Positions 39,264 through 51,934 of a DNA stretch of 64,000 bases are shown piece by piece. The stretch spans positions 16,646,633 to 16,710,632 of the forward strand of contig OZ037769.1 of assembly GCA_964035545.1 (NCBI GenBank), given 5' to 3'. Position numbers and translations under genes: made by a program. This DNA comes from Bugula neritina (lineage: Eukaryota > Animalia > Bryozoa). Positions within the stretch are counted from its first letter, which is position 1; the number at the start of each line of letters is the position of its first letter. The notes under the pieces were generated by a model. It saw only the letters and a program-made list of their open reading frames with translations. It was not told where the DNA came from and searched no databases.

Positions 39264-42200
39264 AAGAGTGTATGTCAACACAGAAAACAAGTCAATATAA
39301 AATGACATACTCAATGATTCTCACAATTGGAAGAATATTTCTGGGATTCTGCTTTCTCTCACAATGTTCTATTCATAATAACTGTTATCTTACACTCATT
39401 TTTTACTTCTAATTACCGTTTAGGATGTCCGATTAAAATGCAATCAAAGGGATATATGCCATATATGTAGTTTCATTATATATGTATAGATAAATTTAAA
39501 CCCAGCAATTTAAACAAACCTCAATATTTTGAATTACCTTTCAAGACCTGCCTAGAATGTCAATAAAAAACCAAATGTCAAGGCCAAAGTCATCTTCTCC
39601 ATCCTTGTGCACAGAAATGTGTTTTTATAGAGTTTTCATTACATGCAATATTACATATATATGTAATCAACACTCAATAAACATGGTAATGGCAACGGTA
39701 ATTGCTGTTTATGCTTTTAGTTATGGTAATTACTGCATTATGTCCATATGATCAGGTACTAGCAGCTGTAGAGTCCAACAATAGTATATATAGCCATATA
39801 TAGCCATTAAATATCATAGCTATAACCAGTCTAGAATGTAGAAAACCACAAAAGTGCTGATCACTTAGTACTTGACTAGCAGTTAGGAAACATCTACATA
39901 TACTCTGCAACACAACAGCTACGAAATCCCTCACTCAGCTTTACAAACACTTACTATAAGTTTTAGCATGCACACATTTGAACTAGCTGTCACATCAAAA
40001 ATTATTTATTTGAGTTAATGAAGCAGAAAGTTGAGAAAGGCGTGGTATCCAGTGATTTTCATTCTACAGTGGATTAGTCATGCACGCAGACGTACAGACT
40101 GCTGGCTATTACTATATAGCAGTAAAGTTTAGTTATTGTGCTTGTATTTATAATTATACTAATTTATTTGTCAGTCTGCTCTGAGAAAATATTATGTAAG
40201 TATTATTAAATCTTTACTTGCTTTCCCCAGTTTCATAATTAATATTACGATAAGTATAACTGAACTTTGAAAAAAGGTATACATGAAACTAATAAACTAG
40301 TTTGTTCATTACTTCACATAGACATTTGATATCTTTTGTTGTGTAGAAACTCCTATAACGTACTCCTATGATAGCTAGCCTTGTTTAGTATATGAAAGGT
40401 TTGCCTGTTCTATATGAATTGAAAGTATAGTTGTTACCTTTTAATTATGGTAATTATAATTATATAATATTTCTAAATAAATGATTATTATCACATTTAG
40501 CTGCTACATTTAGCCACGCCCATCACTCTGAGTGTAGGTTATGAAATTCAGCTGTATCAGTGCATGCAGTTCACACACTAGATTCCAGAAAATCAGTTTT
40601 ATAACTTGATTAAATCTCTTTAACGTTACTGAGTTTCAACTCCTGACCTCATAGCCTCAGCACTTTCTGATTACCACGGGTTAGTGACTAACCACCCTCT
40701 ATACTTCTGTTTAGGGAGCTGTTTTATGATACTAAATAGTAAATGATACTACATAGTTAGTATATTTAGGTAACAGGAGAGGTCATTGGCCAAGTTCAAC
40801 GTCTGCTGCAGCAATTCACAGAAATCTTTTGATGTGTTTATAGGTTTTATAGTCTACAAACTGTAGACATGGCTGGGTTAACTTATGTCTTGTTCCTAAT
40901 AAGTGATACACTATGGTAATTTTATTCTCACTCTGTAATATAATCATGTGTTAACATGTAAGTTATATGCCCACAATGTATATATAAAGATATATAACAC
41001 CGCATTTGCCTATTCACTGAATATCCATGGTATACATATTTACAGCTTTCATAAAATATTTTATTATCATTTAAGAATATTGAGGCATTAGTTTTGCCCA
41101 TTTATTCTGATTTTATCATTCAACCACTCATTGCTTTGTGCAATTAGTTAGCATATTATACTATCTACTGCGACAAAAGATCAGATAACTCCTATGTATA
41201 ACAACCCTTGATTAATTTTACTGGACAGCCTTTTCTAATGAATGCTCACTAACTTTCCTTCTGATTGCTAAGAAAGACTGCTTGTTGAACATCACAAGGA
41301 CTGCTAGTAACTGAGTTTTAACCAAATGCAATTATAGTGTCAAACTAGTTACTCTAACTAGTAAACTGGTAATAATGTGATTCATAGGTTTACACTAGAG
41401 AGTAGTAGGTTGGCAAAATATCTCCAAAATAAACTAGAAAAAAACAATTTTACAACAAAAAGATATAAAGTAGGTAAATGCAGTCCGAAGGAAGTGGAAA
41501 GAGACTGAGATGTAGACGAGAGATATAGCAAAATGAGTTATGCTTAGACCTTAGGGCGTGAATGCTAAGGGCTCAGTATTTTGTTGCAGGGTAATTACTG
41601 GAGCTATAAGAGCTTTTCTATGGCTGCCATGTTTGTTGCATGCGACAGATGCTCAGTCCAGTGCAGACTATTATACTGATTGGTTGACAGAGGAGAGTGA
41701 AATTCCAGATTTGGTTTCATATCCAGACGTCATTGACTTTCTTCCTAATATTCCAGTCAATGTTGACATTAAACTAAAAAATTCAAATCGTGAGACTTGT
41801 GATCCTTTAGAGAGGTATTGTATTCCCGATCAGTTTTATGAATCAGTCTGTTCTAGTTTCTCACGCTGTTTGTTCCGAACATGTGCTCACCCGAAGTCCA
41901 AGTCTCTCAGTACCTATCTGGTGTCCGATATCCAATATCAAGTTGGCTCTTTAGATGGGGGATACTTACCCTTCAACACCTCTCTTCCGGAATGCGGTAT
42001 CACTATGACAGGAAGTGATATCATCATCACCGAAGCTACAGGAGAGTGTAACAATGTTTCATCTCCTCAACAGATATATACCAGTTTACAGACTCCTTCA
42101 CAAAACTGGACTTTGATGTTCACAGTTGAGCAGATTACATCACTGAATACGTCTGCACCGTGAGTTTTGTAACATAGACTGAGTATGCCTGCTAGGCACT

Positions 42201-42548
42201 AGCATACAATTATCATTGTTGTACCCTAATCAATTTAGCATGTGAAACAATTTCTCTATATTTTAGAGCTCCATTTTTATTAATCAAACTAGCATTTAGA
42301 CTACTTTCTTTATGTTTTAGAGCTTCATTTCTCCACATTTCTGGGTATGGATCCACTATTGACAGCCCTTCGTCTAGAATATTCTGGACTCTTAGTTTCT
42401 GGTTTAATGATAGTGGATATCTGGAAGCTAGTAACTCACCAAATCACAGCTTGACAGTTTTTGACCAAAATCCAATGCTGAGTCAAACTCGACACATAAC
42501 TTTGCAGGTAGGGAAACTGTAAAATTATACTCTGGCACTGTATTGTGG

Positions 42549-42962
42549 ATGATAAATAGTTAATCCCCTTTTCCTCAATTACAAGTTACAATATGCATAC
42601 ACTTGGTTGGGTTCATTTTTGCTGATTCATGTAAACCGACAGTTGGACCAAGTTTGACAAGTGGTTGCCGGCAGACCGAGTGTCGGTTGCCAACATGATG
42701 AATGTCGCCATACCCTGCCGTACCCTACCGAACTTCGGCCCACTGTCGGTCGAAGGTTCTAGAAGTCCTTTGTCTGGCTAGTATAAAAAGGAAGCCAATT
42801 TCCGAGCTTCAGTCACTTGAAGACTAGAGCTCGGACTGGAAGGATCAGGACAACAATAAAAGATACTGTACACACACGAGTTCAACACCCTCTCTTGTCT
42901 CTTCTATAACAAGGAGTTATGTTCTTTGCCTGATTTCATTCAATAACCCACATACTACTACA
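42549..42962 (+). mobile_element. Solo LTR in copy 3 intron 2 (5' boundary approximate)
   Basis: TATAAAAGG, AATAAA, ends CTACTACA; homologous to 43386-43905. Confidence 0.65.
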
Positions 42963-43385
42963 ATATTTATTTATTTTATTTTATATAAGCAGCTTCAGTT
43001 TTAATTTAGCTAGAATGCAGAAATGAGTTTGCTTTCACCTTGAAGTTGTCCTTTTTGTTAAATTTTCAGTTTGTTGGAGACATAATTCTGGTATTTGTCG
43101 ATGGTGAAGTGTCTCACCGGTATCGGCAAGGTGAAATCTCTTTCCCATCTGCTTCGGAGTACATTGTCGGGTTTGGAGGGTCTGACATTACAGGAGAGTT
43201 TACCAACATCAAGTTATACAATGCTCAGGCTTCCACTAAGTAAGTCACTGATATACTATTTAAAAATGTGACTGTTTTGTTGCTTGATATTTTAAGTACT
43301 AAATAACTTGCGTACTCAACTTCTTGCGTGCTCACAACTCAATAAAAAACTACATTACTAGTTTTTTTGTATGTAACCAATATAG

Positions 43386-43905
43386 CGTGATAAATATTAG
43401 AGTTATCCCCCTTGACACATAACTTATGGCTATTTTTCAGAATGCTGTAATTATAGCTAAGTTCCTGGTGTAACTTTCTAATAACCTTAAATACTATAGC
43501 CATTGTTAAGCTTTTAGCATAGTGAATAGTTAATTCCTTTCTCACATTTACAACTTACAGTCTTCACACACTTGGTTGGGTTCAATTTTGCTGATACATT
43601 GTAAACCGACAGTCCACCGAAGTTGGGTTTGCCGGTTTAGTGGCATTCGGAATGTCAGAATAGCAAGCTCGACATTTCCCAACTTTAGCCAATTGTCGGT
43701 AGAAGGTTCTAAAACCCTTTGTATGGGTAGTATAAAAGGAAGCACATTTTAAGCTCCAGTCAGTTGAAGACTGGAGCTCAGACTGGAAGGAACAACTACA
43801 CCAATAAAGACGTACGCACACTACTCAACACTCCCTTATCTCTTCTCTTACAAGGAGTTATATGTTCTCTGCTTGATTACATTCAATAACCCACAAGTTA
43901 CTACA
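43386..43905 (+). mobile_element. Solo LTR in copy 3 intron 3
   Basis: ATAG TSD on both sides; empty site in copy 1 (~2784, aatatagctcc); TATA and polyA motifs. Confidence 0.8.
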
Positions 43906-44511
43906 ATAGCTCTTACCTATATGGTTATCTTGAATAACACTTGACAATGTTTCGGGTATTAAACTTTGTGTGCCTAATTACTTGGGTACTACCCCAGTAT
44001 CCTACTACTTGAACTCAAATCTTCCACACTTTCATTCCTCAAAGTGTGAATTCTTTGATTTTTAAATACATAAATAATAAAATTTTATTTACTGAGTACT
44101 GAATGACTAACTGCTGATCAATCACTAATAAGAAATCACTTTCCTTTCTGTTGAGTACTATTTTTGTTCTTCTTTCAGTGAGATCTATTCCATGTTCTCA
44201 GGATCTCCGCTATCACTTTACCTAATTCGACCTGAGTGCGAATGTCCTCGTCATTATTCTGACACATTCAACTTTAAATTGGCGGAGATGAAAATCAGTT
44301 TGACTGTGTTGATCCGTACCAGAATTTAACTAGCAGATTTGGGACTGAGACACCTTCTGGCATTACTACCGACGGGAAACTTTCCATCTTCAACAGCTAT
44401 GGCTGGAAGTCAGACCATACTGATGAGGCAGAGATAACTCTTAATTTCAATCAACCAATGTTGGTACGTCTCAATACAAACTGAATAGTTAACAACATAA
44501 GAATAAACTAT

Positions 44512-45893
44512 TGTAATAATTTTATGCGTAGAATGTTATGACTCGCTGCATGCAATTATTTGTGTGGGTTGCTAGCTGATTGAACACAGTGACTCTTTGT
44601 GAGAGTACTTAGAACACAGTGACTCTTTGTAGGGGGGTATTTATGCACAATAAATAAGAAATTTGATACTCACAATCCCTTTATTTTACTCCACAATACA
44701 TAAATCCAAAAATAGAAAATTAGGGAGGACAACTCCTTACATCGTGGGGAAAACTTACTAGTAAACTGTTAAACAAGGTATAAGATAATTAATTAAATGT
44801 ATAAGTGTCCTGGCTTGTGTCCTGTTGTGCTGCTGGCTGAAGACTGAATCTACTGAGATGAGGGCCTCCTTTTATATGTTGGGAAACAGTCCAACTAGAA
44901 TGTTCCGTGCGAATTCGAGGGAATTTGCTCGAATCGCAGGGGATTCGCAGGGCCAGAACAAAGGTTTCGCTCGAATCGAGCGAACTTCGCAGGGAAATCC
45001 CGGTTACACAGGATAGTTAAGGGCATCCTCACTAAGAATATCATAAATTTCTCTCAAAATGTAGTTCAGGTTCTTGAATAATATTGCTCTGCGGGTGGCA
45101 TGCGTGTTGCCTACTTGTAATTGTTTAGCCTAAGATTAAACTACAACCGATAAGCAGCAACCTTTGTTAGGGCTGCGTAATCTATCAACATTCCATTATG
45201 GGTGCTACATAAACAAAGTACAAAGCGAGCTATTCATTATAGCCTGCCAGCTAGCTAGCCTGTAATTATTATGTAGGCGCCAATATCTTCTCATCCCTAC
45301 GTGCTCAGTGAAGCGTGAAGTGCTGCGCGCTGCTAGTTTCTTATGAGAAAATATGGCATTTTCAGTGTATAAATCACCAATTTATGAGCAATCTAGCAGA
45401 GTTATTGAAAAAAGAAAAAAAGTTGCACTGGAGAAATATCTCAGGATTCCAGCAGTGCAATTTTTATTCAGATATCATGCTTTGCTGCTGAGATATTTTA
45501 CTGGTACTGAAAAGTCAGCTTTTCAGGCAAAATTGGCCAAAATTCGGCAGTTTTTTGTCTATCACTTCGCAAAAAAAATGAAAATTGAATTTTCCAAAAA
45601 ACTTACACTGGAGAAAAAGAAGATCTACAACATAGTTTTTGAATTTTGACTCTAGCACAATTAGGTGAGATTTTATTTTACTGGTACTGAATTCTTATAT
45701 GATTACAATGCAAACCTCAGCAAGGCAGTTGCAGCTAAAAGGTTGCCCTTAACTATCCTGTGTATCTTGATTATATAAGTGTTCAAACTGTGAGCCGTCA
45801 GAAACAATAGCTAATCCAATCAAGTCAGTAGTAATAAGTAGCTGGGAATAATAGCTAATCCCATCATTGCCAACATAACACTTAGCTGTTACA
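44512..45893 (-). mobile_element. LTR-like element (solo, minus orientation) interrupted by the CAC-terminal transposon
   Basis: TGTAATAA...TGTTACA termini, reverse-strand TATA (ccttttatat) and AATAAA; no clean TSD. Confidence 0.5.
45007..45762 (-). mobile_element. CAC-terminal non-autonomous DNA transposon, copy 2 (inverted)
   Basis: Same TIRs, reverse complement of 4936-5690, 2-bp TSD TA. Confidence 0.9.
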
Positions 45894-46237
45894 ATACTGT
45901 GGTGGCTCGTGGAGCTACCAGCAACACAATACGCAAGGTTGCGTATTGACCCGGAACAATGTACTAGCCAATTAGCTAGGCTGTTTTATGAGTAATAGTA
46001 GCAGCTTCGCGCTACTAGCTCAGTTGAGGATAGTGCTGTAAAATTAAATAGACGTGCGTATCATTACTGTTGTACATTAGATTTTATTATGTATTCTTGT
46101 ATTAAAATATAACGATATCTACTCGACTTAACTCGGTGAAGTTTCTCTAGTGATAAATAGACTCTCTTGGTGGCACATCGACCTTAAAACTGAAAATCTT
46201 AACAGTGGTGGCAGCAGTGGGATAGTGTACATCAAAG

Positions 46238-47104
46238 ATGGAGACTGAAAATGCTAGAATGCCACCACCCCCAGTAGAAGGTGAGCGTAGAAATGCTGTT
46301 AATCCTGTGAATCGTGAGGGAGAAGAAGCTTATAGACATTTCTTGAAAGCTCCCACCTTTACTGGGTCGGAAGATGTCGAACAATTTATACAAGAATTTA
46401 GAGAGGTAATGGAGGTTGCTCAATGGCCGCATAGAGTGGCCCTTATCCAATTGCGGAGAGCGGTGACGGAACAAGCCAAGCCGTACGGAGTGGGAACGGA
46501 CGTAAACGGGATACTGGCTGCGCTGCGGGCCCGTTTTGGCATCTCCGCAATAGACGCTAGGACCAAGCTAGAGAGATTGTGCCGCACTCCGCGGACCTTG
46601 CTGCAAGAACATGCCGCGACGGTGAAGAAGCTGGCGCAGATTGCATATAGCGATCTGCCAGCACAGCACCAAGAGCGTTACACCTATGACGCCTTTGTCC
46701 AGTCACTAAACGACCTGGGCCTACACCATCAACTACGAGCTAAGGGGATAACCAGAATAGAGGATGCCCTGAAGGCTGGAGAAGCTTACCTGTTGGCTAC
46801 CCAAATGCATCGAGCACAACGGAACCCACCAGTAGTTGGAGTCAGCGCTGCCAGGGCTACGACAGGTCCCGAAGCCCTCCCGCTGGAAGCCGAAGTGGAC
46901 CGTATGGTAGAGATGCTGGGACAACTAGTAACCATTCTGGCCGGTGCTGGCCCCGGTCAGGCCCTGCGGGTGCCCCCAACGCCTGTGGGGCAGGGCTGGA
47001 GTAGCGCTGATCAGGACCAGAGACAGAAAGGACGACCCCAATACCAGGGGGCGTTAAACTGTCACGGCCCGCGGACACTCTCCCTCCCCGCGGGCCGCAA
47101 CTGA
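46238..47104 (+). CDS. gag: Gypsy B gag
   Basis: PTFTGSEDVEQFIQEF capsid motif directly after the PBS; homologous to element C gag. Confidence 0.85.
   Translation: METENARMPPPPVEGERRNAVNPVNREGEEAYRHFLKAPTFTGSEDVEQFIQEFREVMEVAQWPHRVALIQLRRAVTEQAKPYGVGTDVNGILAALRARFGISAIDARTKLERLCRTPRTLLQEHAATVKKLAQIAYSDLPAQHQERYTYDAFVQSLNDLGLHHQLRAKGITRIEDALKAGEAYLLATQMHRAQRNPPVVGVSAARATTGPEALPLEAEVDRMVEMLGQLVTILAGAGPGQALRVPPTPVGQGWSSADQDQRQKGRPQYQGALNCHGPRTLSLPAGRN
47053..47097 (+). promoter_or_regulatory. -1 ribosomal frameshift signal of Gypsy B
   Basis: G TTA AAC + 5-nt spacer + perfect 10-bp stem CGGCCCGCGG/CCGCGGGCCG; the -1 frame is open into pol. Confidence 0.75.
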
Positions 47105-47277
47105 AGGAGTATGGCGGAACACGCCGTCGTCTGTCCGTACGGACACGACGGAACACTCCACCCGAGTGGCAGGTACCACGCAGGACTAGTAGGCCCGCAC
47201 AACGGCCGAGTACCTTCTCCCTGCCACTCGCCAACCGGTTCCACCGGTTACCTCGGGAAGAGGAGCCCGCCACTGAA

Positions 47278-50200
47278 ATGGAGCCAGAAGGCCCAGTGGA
47301 GAGCCCCAAACCCCGCCGGCACCAACCTCGCCGCCGGAAGCCCCGTAAACCACGGGTGAAACCCCCGCCGTCCTACCCATTTAAGATCGCACACGCGGGG
47401 GGGGGGGTGAAAGTACAACCACATGGAGAGAGCTATTTCCTACCCGGAAAGGTGGCGGGTAATGCCGTCACCTTCCTGCTCGACTCCGGGTGTACTACCA
47501 ACCTTCTCAGTCGTAGAGTCTTTGAGGCACTGCCCCGCCGGGACAGGGATAGAGTACGACCGTATACGGGAGAACATGGCACCCTGGCAGACGGGTCATG
47601 TATTCCCTTCTACGGTATTATCGAGCTCCCTGGGCGTGTCCGAGACCAGGCTGTACAGGAGACCTTTGTCATAAGCCAACTGGAGGAAGATGCTATCCTC
47701 GGAATGCCCTTCTTGAAGCAACACCAGTGCCGAATAGACTTTAGCAAGTCGGTGGTGCTGATGGGCGGGCGAGAACTCGCCTGTGTGGATAAGTTTGGGC
47801 GTCCTCTGGTGGGCGGTGTTCAGGTAGTTCGAAACTGCACCGTGCCCGGACGCTCCAGAGCTACTATCCACTGCCGAGTGAACAGCAACCGGATAGCCAG
47901 GCTCGAGGTCATTGAAGCCGCGCACGAAAGGATCCAACTCGCCAGTAGTTTAAATGGACTAACTGAGCGAGGGGAGGTCTTAGTGCAGTGTGTCAACCCC
48001 TTTACCGAGCCCATTGAGCTCCCAGCTGGGTCAATGCTGGGCCGGTTCCACTCCGTCCAGGAAAAGGACGTGGGCCCGTCGCTGGGTGACGCGACGGAGG
48101 CACCCCCTCGACACCCTATTCAGGGACGAGGGGCAGTCCCAACACATCTCCAGGAGTTATATGAAACAGCCTGTGGCGGCTGCGCGACAGAGAACGCCAA
48201 GCTATGGCGAAGTTGCTACGCGACTACGGTGATGTGTTCAGCAGCGGAGATCATGACGTGGGGCTGACTGGAGTTGTCAGACACGAAATACCGCTGACTG
48301 CAGGGACAGTCCCTGTCCGGCAACCCACACGCAGGCTGGGGCCGGAGAAAGAGAAGGAGGTTAGCCGACAAGTACGGGATCTTCTGGACCGCGGCCTAAT
48401 AGAGCCCGCCCATAGTGCGTGGAGCTCACCGGTCGTACTGGTCCGGAAGAAAGACGGCAGTTGGCGGTTCTGTGTGGATTACCGCAAACTCAATAACGTA
48501 ACCATACAGCACGCCTACCCCCTACCCCGTATTGACGAGTCATTGGACGCCCTAGCCGGCAGCAAGTACTTCAGTACGTTAGACTTGCTGAGTGGCTATT
48601 GGCAAGTCCCTCTGAGTCCCGACGCCCAGGAGAAAGCGGCATTTATCACACGGGACGGGTTGTGGAAGTGGAAGGTGCTGCCCTTCGGGTTAACCTCCGC
48701 CCCAGCCACCTTCCAGAGGCTGATGGAGCAAGTCCTTAGCGGGCTCCATTGGAAGACACTGCTGGTCTACCTCGATGATGTCATCGTGATCTCCCCAGAC
48801 TACGAGACGCATGTCAGTCGTCTACAGGAGGTCTTTGAGAGACTTCGAGGTGCCGGTTTTAAGGTCAAACCTTCCAAGTGCGCTCTATTGCAGCCAGAGG
48901 TTAAGTACCTGCACAGGATAGTTAAGGGCAACCTTTTAGCTGCAACTGCCTTGCTGAGGTTTGCATTGTAATCATATAAGAATTCAGTACCAGTAAAATA
49001 AAATCTCACCTAATTGTGCTAGAGTCAAAGTTTAAAAACTATGTTGTAGATCTTGTTTTTCCCCAGTGCAACTTTTTTGGAAATTTCAATTTTCATTTTT
49101 TTTGCAAAGTTATAGACAAAAAACTGCCCAATTTTGGCCAATTTTGCCAGAAAAGCTGACTTTTCAGTACCAGTAAAATATCTCAGCAGCAAAAGATGAT
49201 ATCTGAATAAAAATTGCACTGCTGGAATCCTGAGATATTTCTCCAGTGAAATTTTTTTCATTTTCCAATAACTCTGCTAGATTGCCCATAAATTGGTGAT
49301 TTATACACTGAAAATGCCATATTTTTTCATGAGAAACTAGCAGCGCGCAATGCTTAACGCTTCAATGAGCACTTAGGGATGAGAAGATATTTGCGCGTAC
49401 ATGCTAATTATAGGCTTGCTAGCTGGCAAGCTATTATGAATAGCTCGCTTTGTACTTTGTTTATGTAGCACCCATAATGGAATGTTGATAGATAACGCAG
49501 CCCTAATGAAGGTTGCTGCTCATTAGCTGTAGTTTAATCTTAGGCTAAACAAATGCAAGTAGGCAACACGCATGCCACCCGCAGAGCAATATTATTCAAG
49601 AACCTGAACTACATTTTGAGAGAAATTTATGATATTCTTAGTGAGGATGCCCTTAACTATCCTGTGTGGGGCACGTTGTCGGTCGAAACGGCGTGGCAAC
49701 GGATCCCGAGAAGGTACGGGCAATAGAAGACTGGGTCACCCCCCAAGACTTGACCGGGCTCCGGGCTTTCTTGGGGCTGGTAGGGCAATACATACCAGAC
49801 TTTGCGGGCATAGCACAGCCGTTAAATCGGCTCACCGCAAAGGGAGTGACGTTGCAGTGGACCCCAGTCGAACAAGGAGCGTTCGACCGCCTCAAGGGCT
49901 GCCTCCTAACGGCGCCCATCTTGGCCTACCCAGACCCCACTCTGGAGTACATCCTCGACACTGACGCCAGTGACCAAAATGTTGGCGCTGTGCTGTCACA
50001 AGTGCAGGAAGGCCGAGAGGTAGTAGTAGCCTACTACAGCAAGTCTCTCTCACCCGCTGAACGAAATTACTGCACTACCCGCAAGGAGTTGCTGGCAGTA
50101 ATCAAGTCAATGAAGCACTTCAGACCATACTTATACGGCAGGAAGTTCTGGCTGCGTACGGACCATGCCGCGCTGATCTGGTTGTGCAAGAGAGCAGAGC

Positions 50201-51917
50201 CTTCTAGTCAGGTCGCCCGGTGGCTCGAAATCCTAGCTGAATTCTCGTACCGGATCGAACACCGACCGGGCAAGAGACACAGCAATGCGGATGGTTTGAG
50301 CCGCCGACCTGATGGAGGTTGCAAACAGTGTCTCAACATCGAGAGGAGGGATGGAGGTCCCCCGCGATGCGAGTTGGAGACGCTGGCTCATCACGGAGCA
50401 CCATTTGACTGAGACCAGGGTCAACTCAGACAGGAGGTTGACGAGTCCCCGGAGGTTGTACAAAACCTCCGCGCCAACCCTGTACTGGCCGATAATGTCC
50501 GAGAGCTGAAGAAGCTCCAAGAAGAGCTGCCTGGAGTTGTGGCAGACATCTATCGGGCCAAAAAGGAAGGGCGACGACCCAGCGAGGAACGCATACGACA
50601 GGGATGCGGTCTCCCCGAACAGATACACTCTGATCAAGGCGCTCAGTTCCAGTCTCAACTGATGAGCGACCTTTGCCACCTCTGGGGAGTAAATCAGAGC
50701 CGGACCACCCCCTACCACCCTCAAGGTAACGGGGTGGTGGAGCGCAATAACCGGATGCTAGGTGATGCGCTCCGGAGTCTCCTCCTTGGACGCGGACAAG
50801 AGGAATGGGATATGGTGTTGCCGCAAGTCATGCGTGCATACCGTAGCACCCCACACACCAGTACTGGTGAGACCCAAACCTCTTGATGCTCGGGAGAGAG
50901 ACTTGTGTCCCTGACCATCTTACCTACCACGTTCCAGAGCAAGACAACTCGGTTCACGAGTATGCCAGTGAACTAGTGGAATGGATGAAGGCCGCACACG
51001 ATATACTGCGCGAACAGCAGTGGAAGGTGCGGCACGAAGATTCCGAGGAACCACCTCTCTACCAAACGGGAGATAAGGTGTGGATGGTCAATTACCGTAG
51101 GCGTCGCGGGCAGGCTGACAAATTAAAGCCTAAGTTCGTGGGACCCTACGTGATCGTCGAGGCTATGCCCAACCATACGTACAAGATTGAGCGCTCAGGA
51201 CAGGTGTCTATCCAGAATGAGTCTCGCTTGAAGCCGTATTGGGCTAGCCCCGACGCAGTGGGAGAAGCCCCCCCGTTGTTGGAGCCCAGGAGGCAGACAA
51301 CAACGCGCGGGCGACGGCGGCATGGACCTGAATATGAAGTGGTCATACCGCGGGAAGAAAACTTGGTGAGAGAAGAAAGACAGCTTTTACCGACAGAAGC
51401 ATGTCCGCCGCCGCCAAGTCTAATTCCATCACTTCCAGAAACCGAGCCGGTTCCGGAAGTGCAAACCCCCACGGAGGGAGGGGCTCCATCCGGAGAACAA
51501 GAAGAAGTGACCGCTAACGGTGAAGTAGAAACGCCATTAGAGGCCCCTACTAATAAACCAGAAAGCGTGTCACCCCCCCTAGAACGGGGACAACGTACGA
51601 GGAAACCCCCACCATGTTTAAAAGACTTCGTATGTGACTGCATTAAAAGCGGCACGCATGAAAGTCTAGGGGAAAACCGTACGATAAAATGTTGGAGTTG
51701 TGAACCCCACGCAAATATCAACTTTTGCGAGGGCGGAATAGTGGGAGGAATTAATGCGCGTAAAGCAAATAGTTCCGACCTCGTGCCTCAGAAACGATGC
51801 TCAGCCTTTTCTTACGCTGACATCGCCAAAGGCAGACGTATCTCACAACCAGCTCCAATCTTACCAAGAACGTTGAGTATGGACATTAATACCGAGTTCA
51901 CAGGTAAGCCAGTATAA
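47278..51917 (+). pseudogene. pol: Gypsy B pol (PR-RT-RH-IN), disrupted
   Basis: LLDSGC, YLDD, DTDAS, HPQGNG; frameshift at ~48190, DNA transposon insertion, stop at 50412, internal deletion. Confidence 0.9.
48912..49666 (+). mobile_element. CAC-terminal non-autonomous DNA transposon, copy 3, inserted in Gypsy B RT
   Basis: Same TIRs, TSD TG, splits EVKYL|GHVV; 755 bp. Confidence 0.9.
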
Positions 51918-51934
51918 ATCTTGTATTCCTATCC

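Noticed and set aside
45353-45649. ORFs inside the CAC-terminal element (also 49025-49261, 5188-5382) as a transposase
   Set aside because: Short, with inconsistent starts between copies, derived from AT-rich subterminal repeats and lacking transposase motifs.
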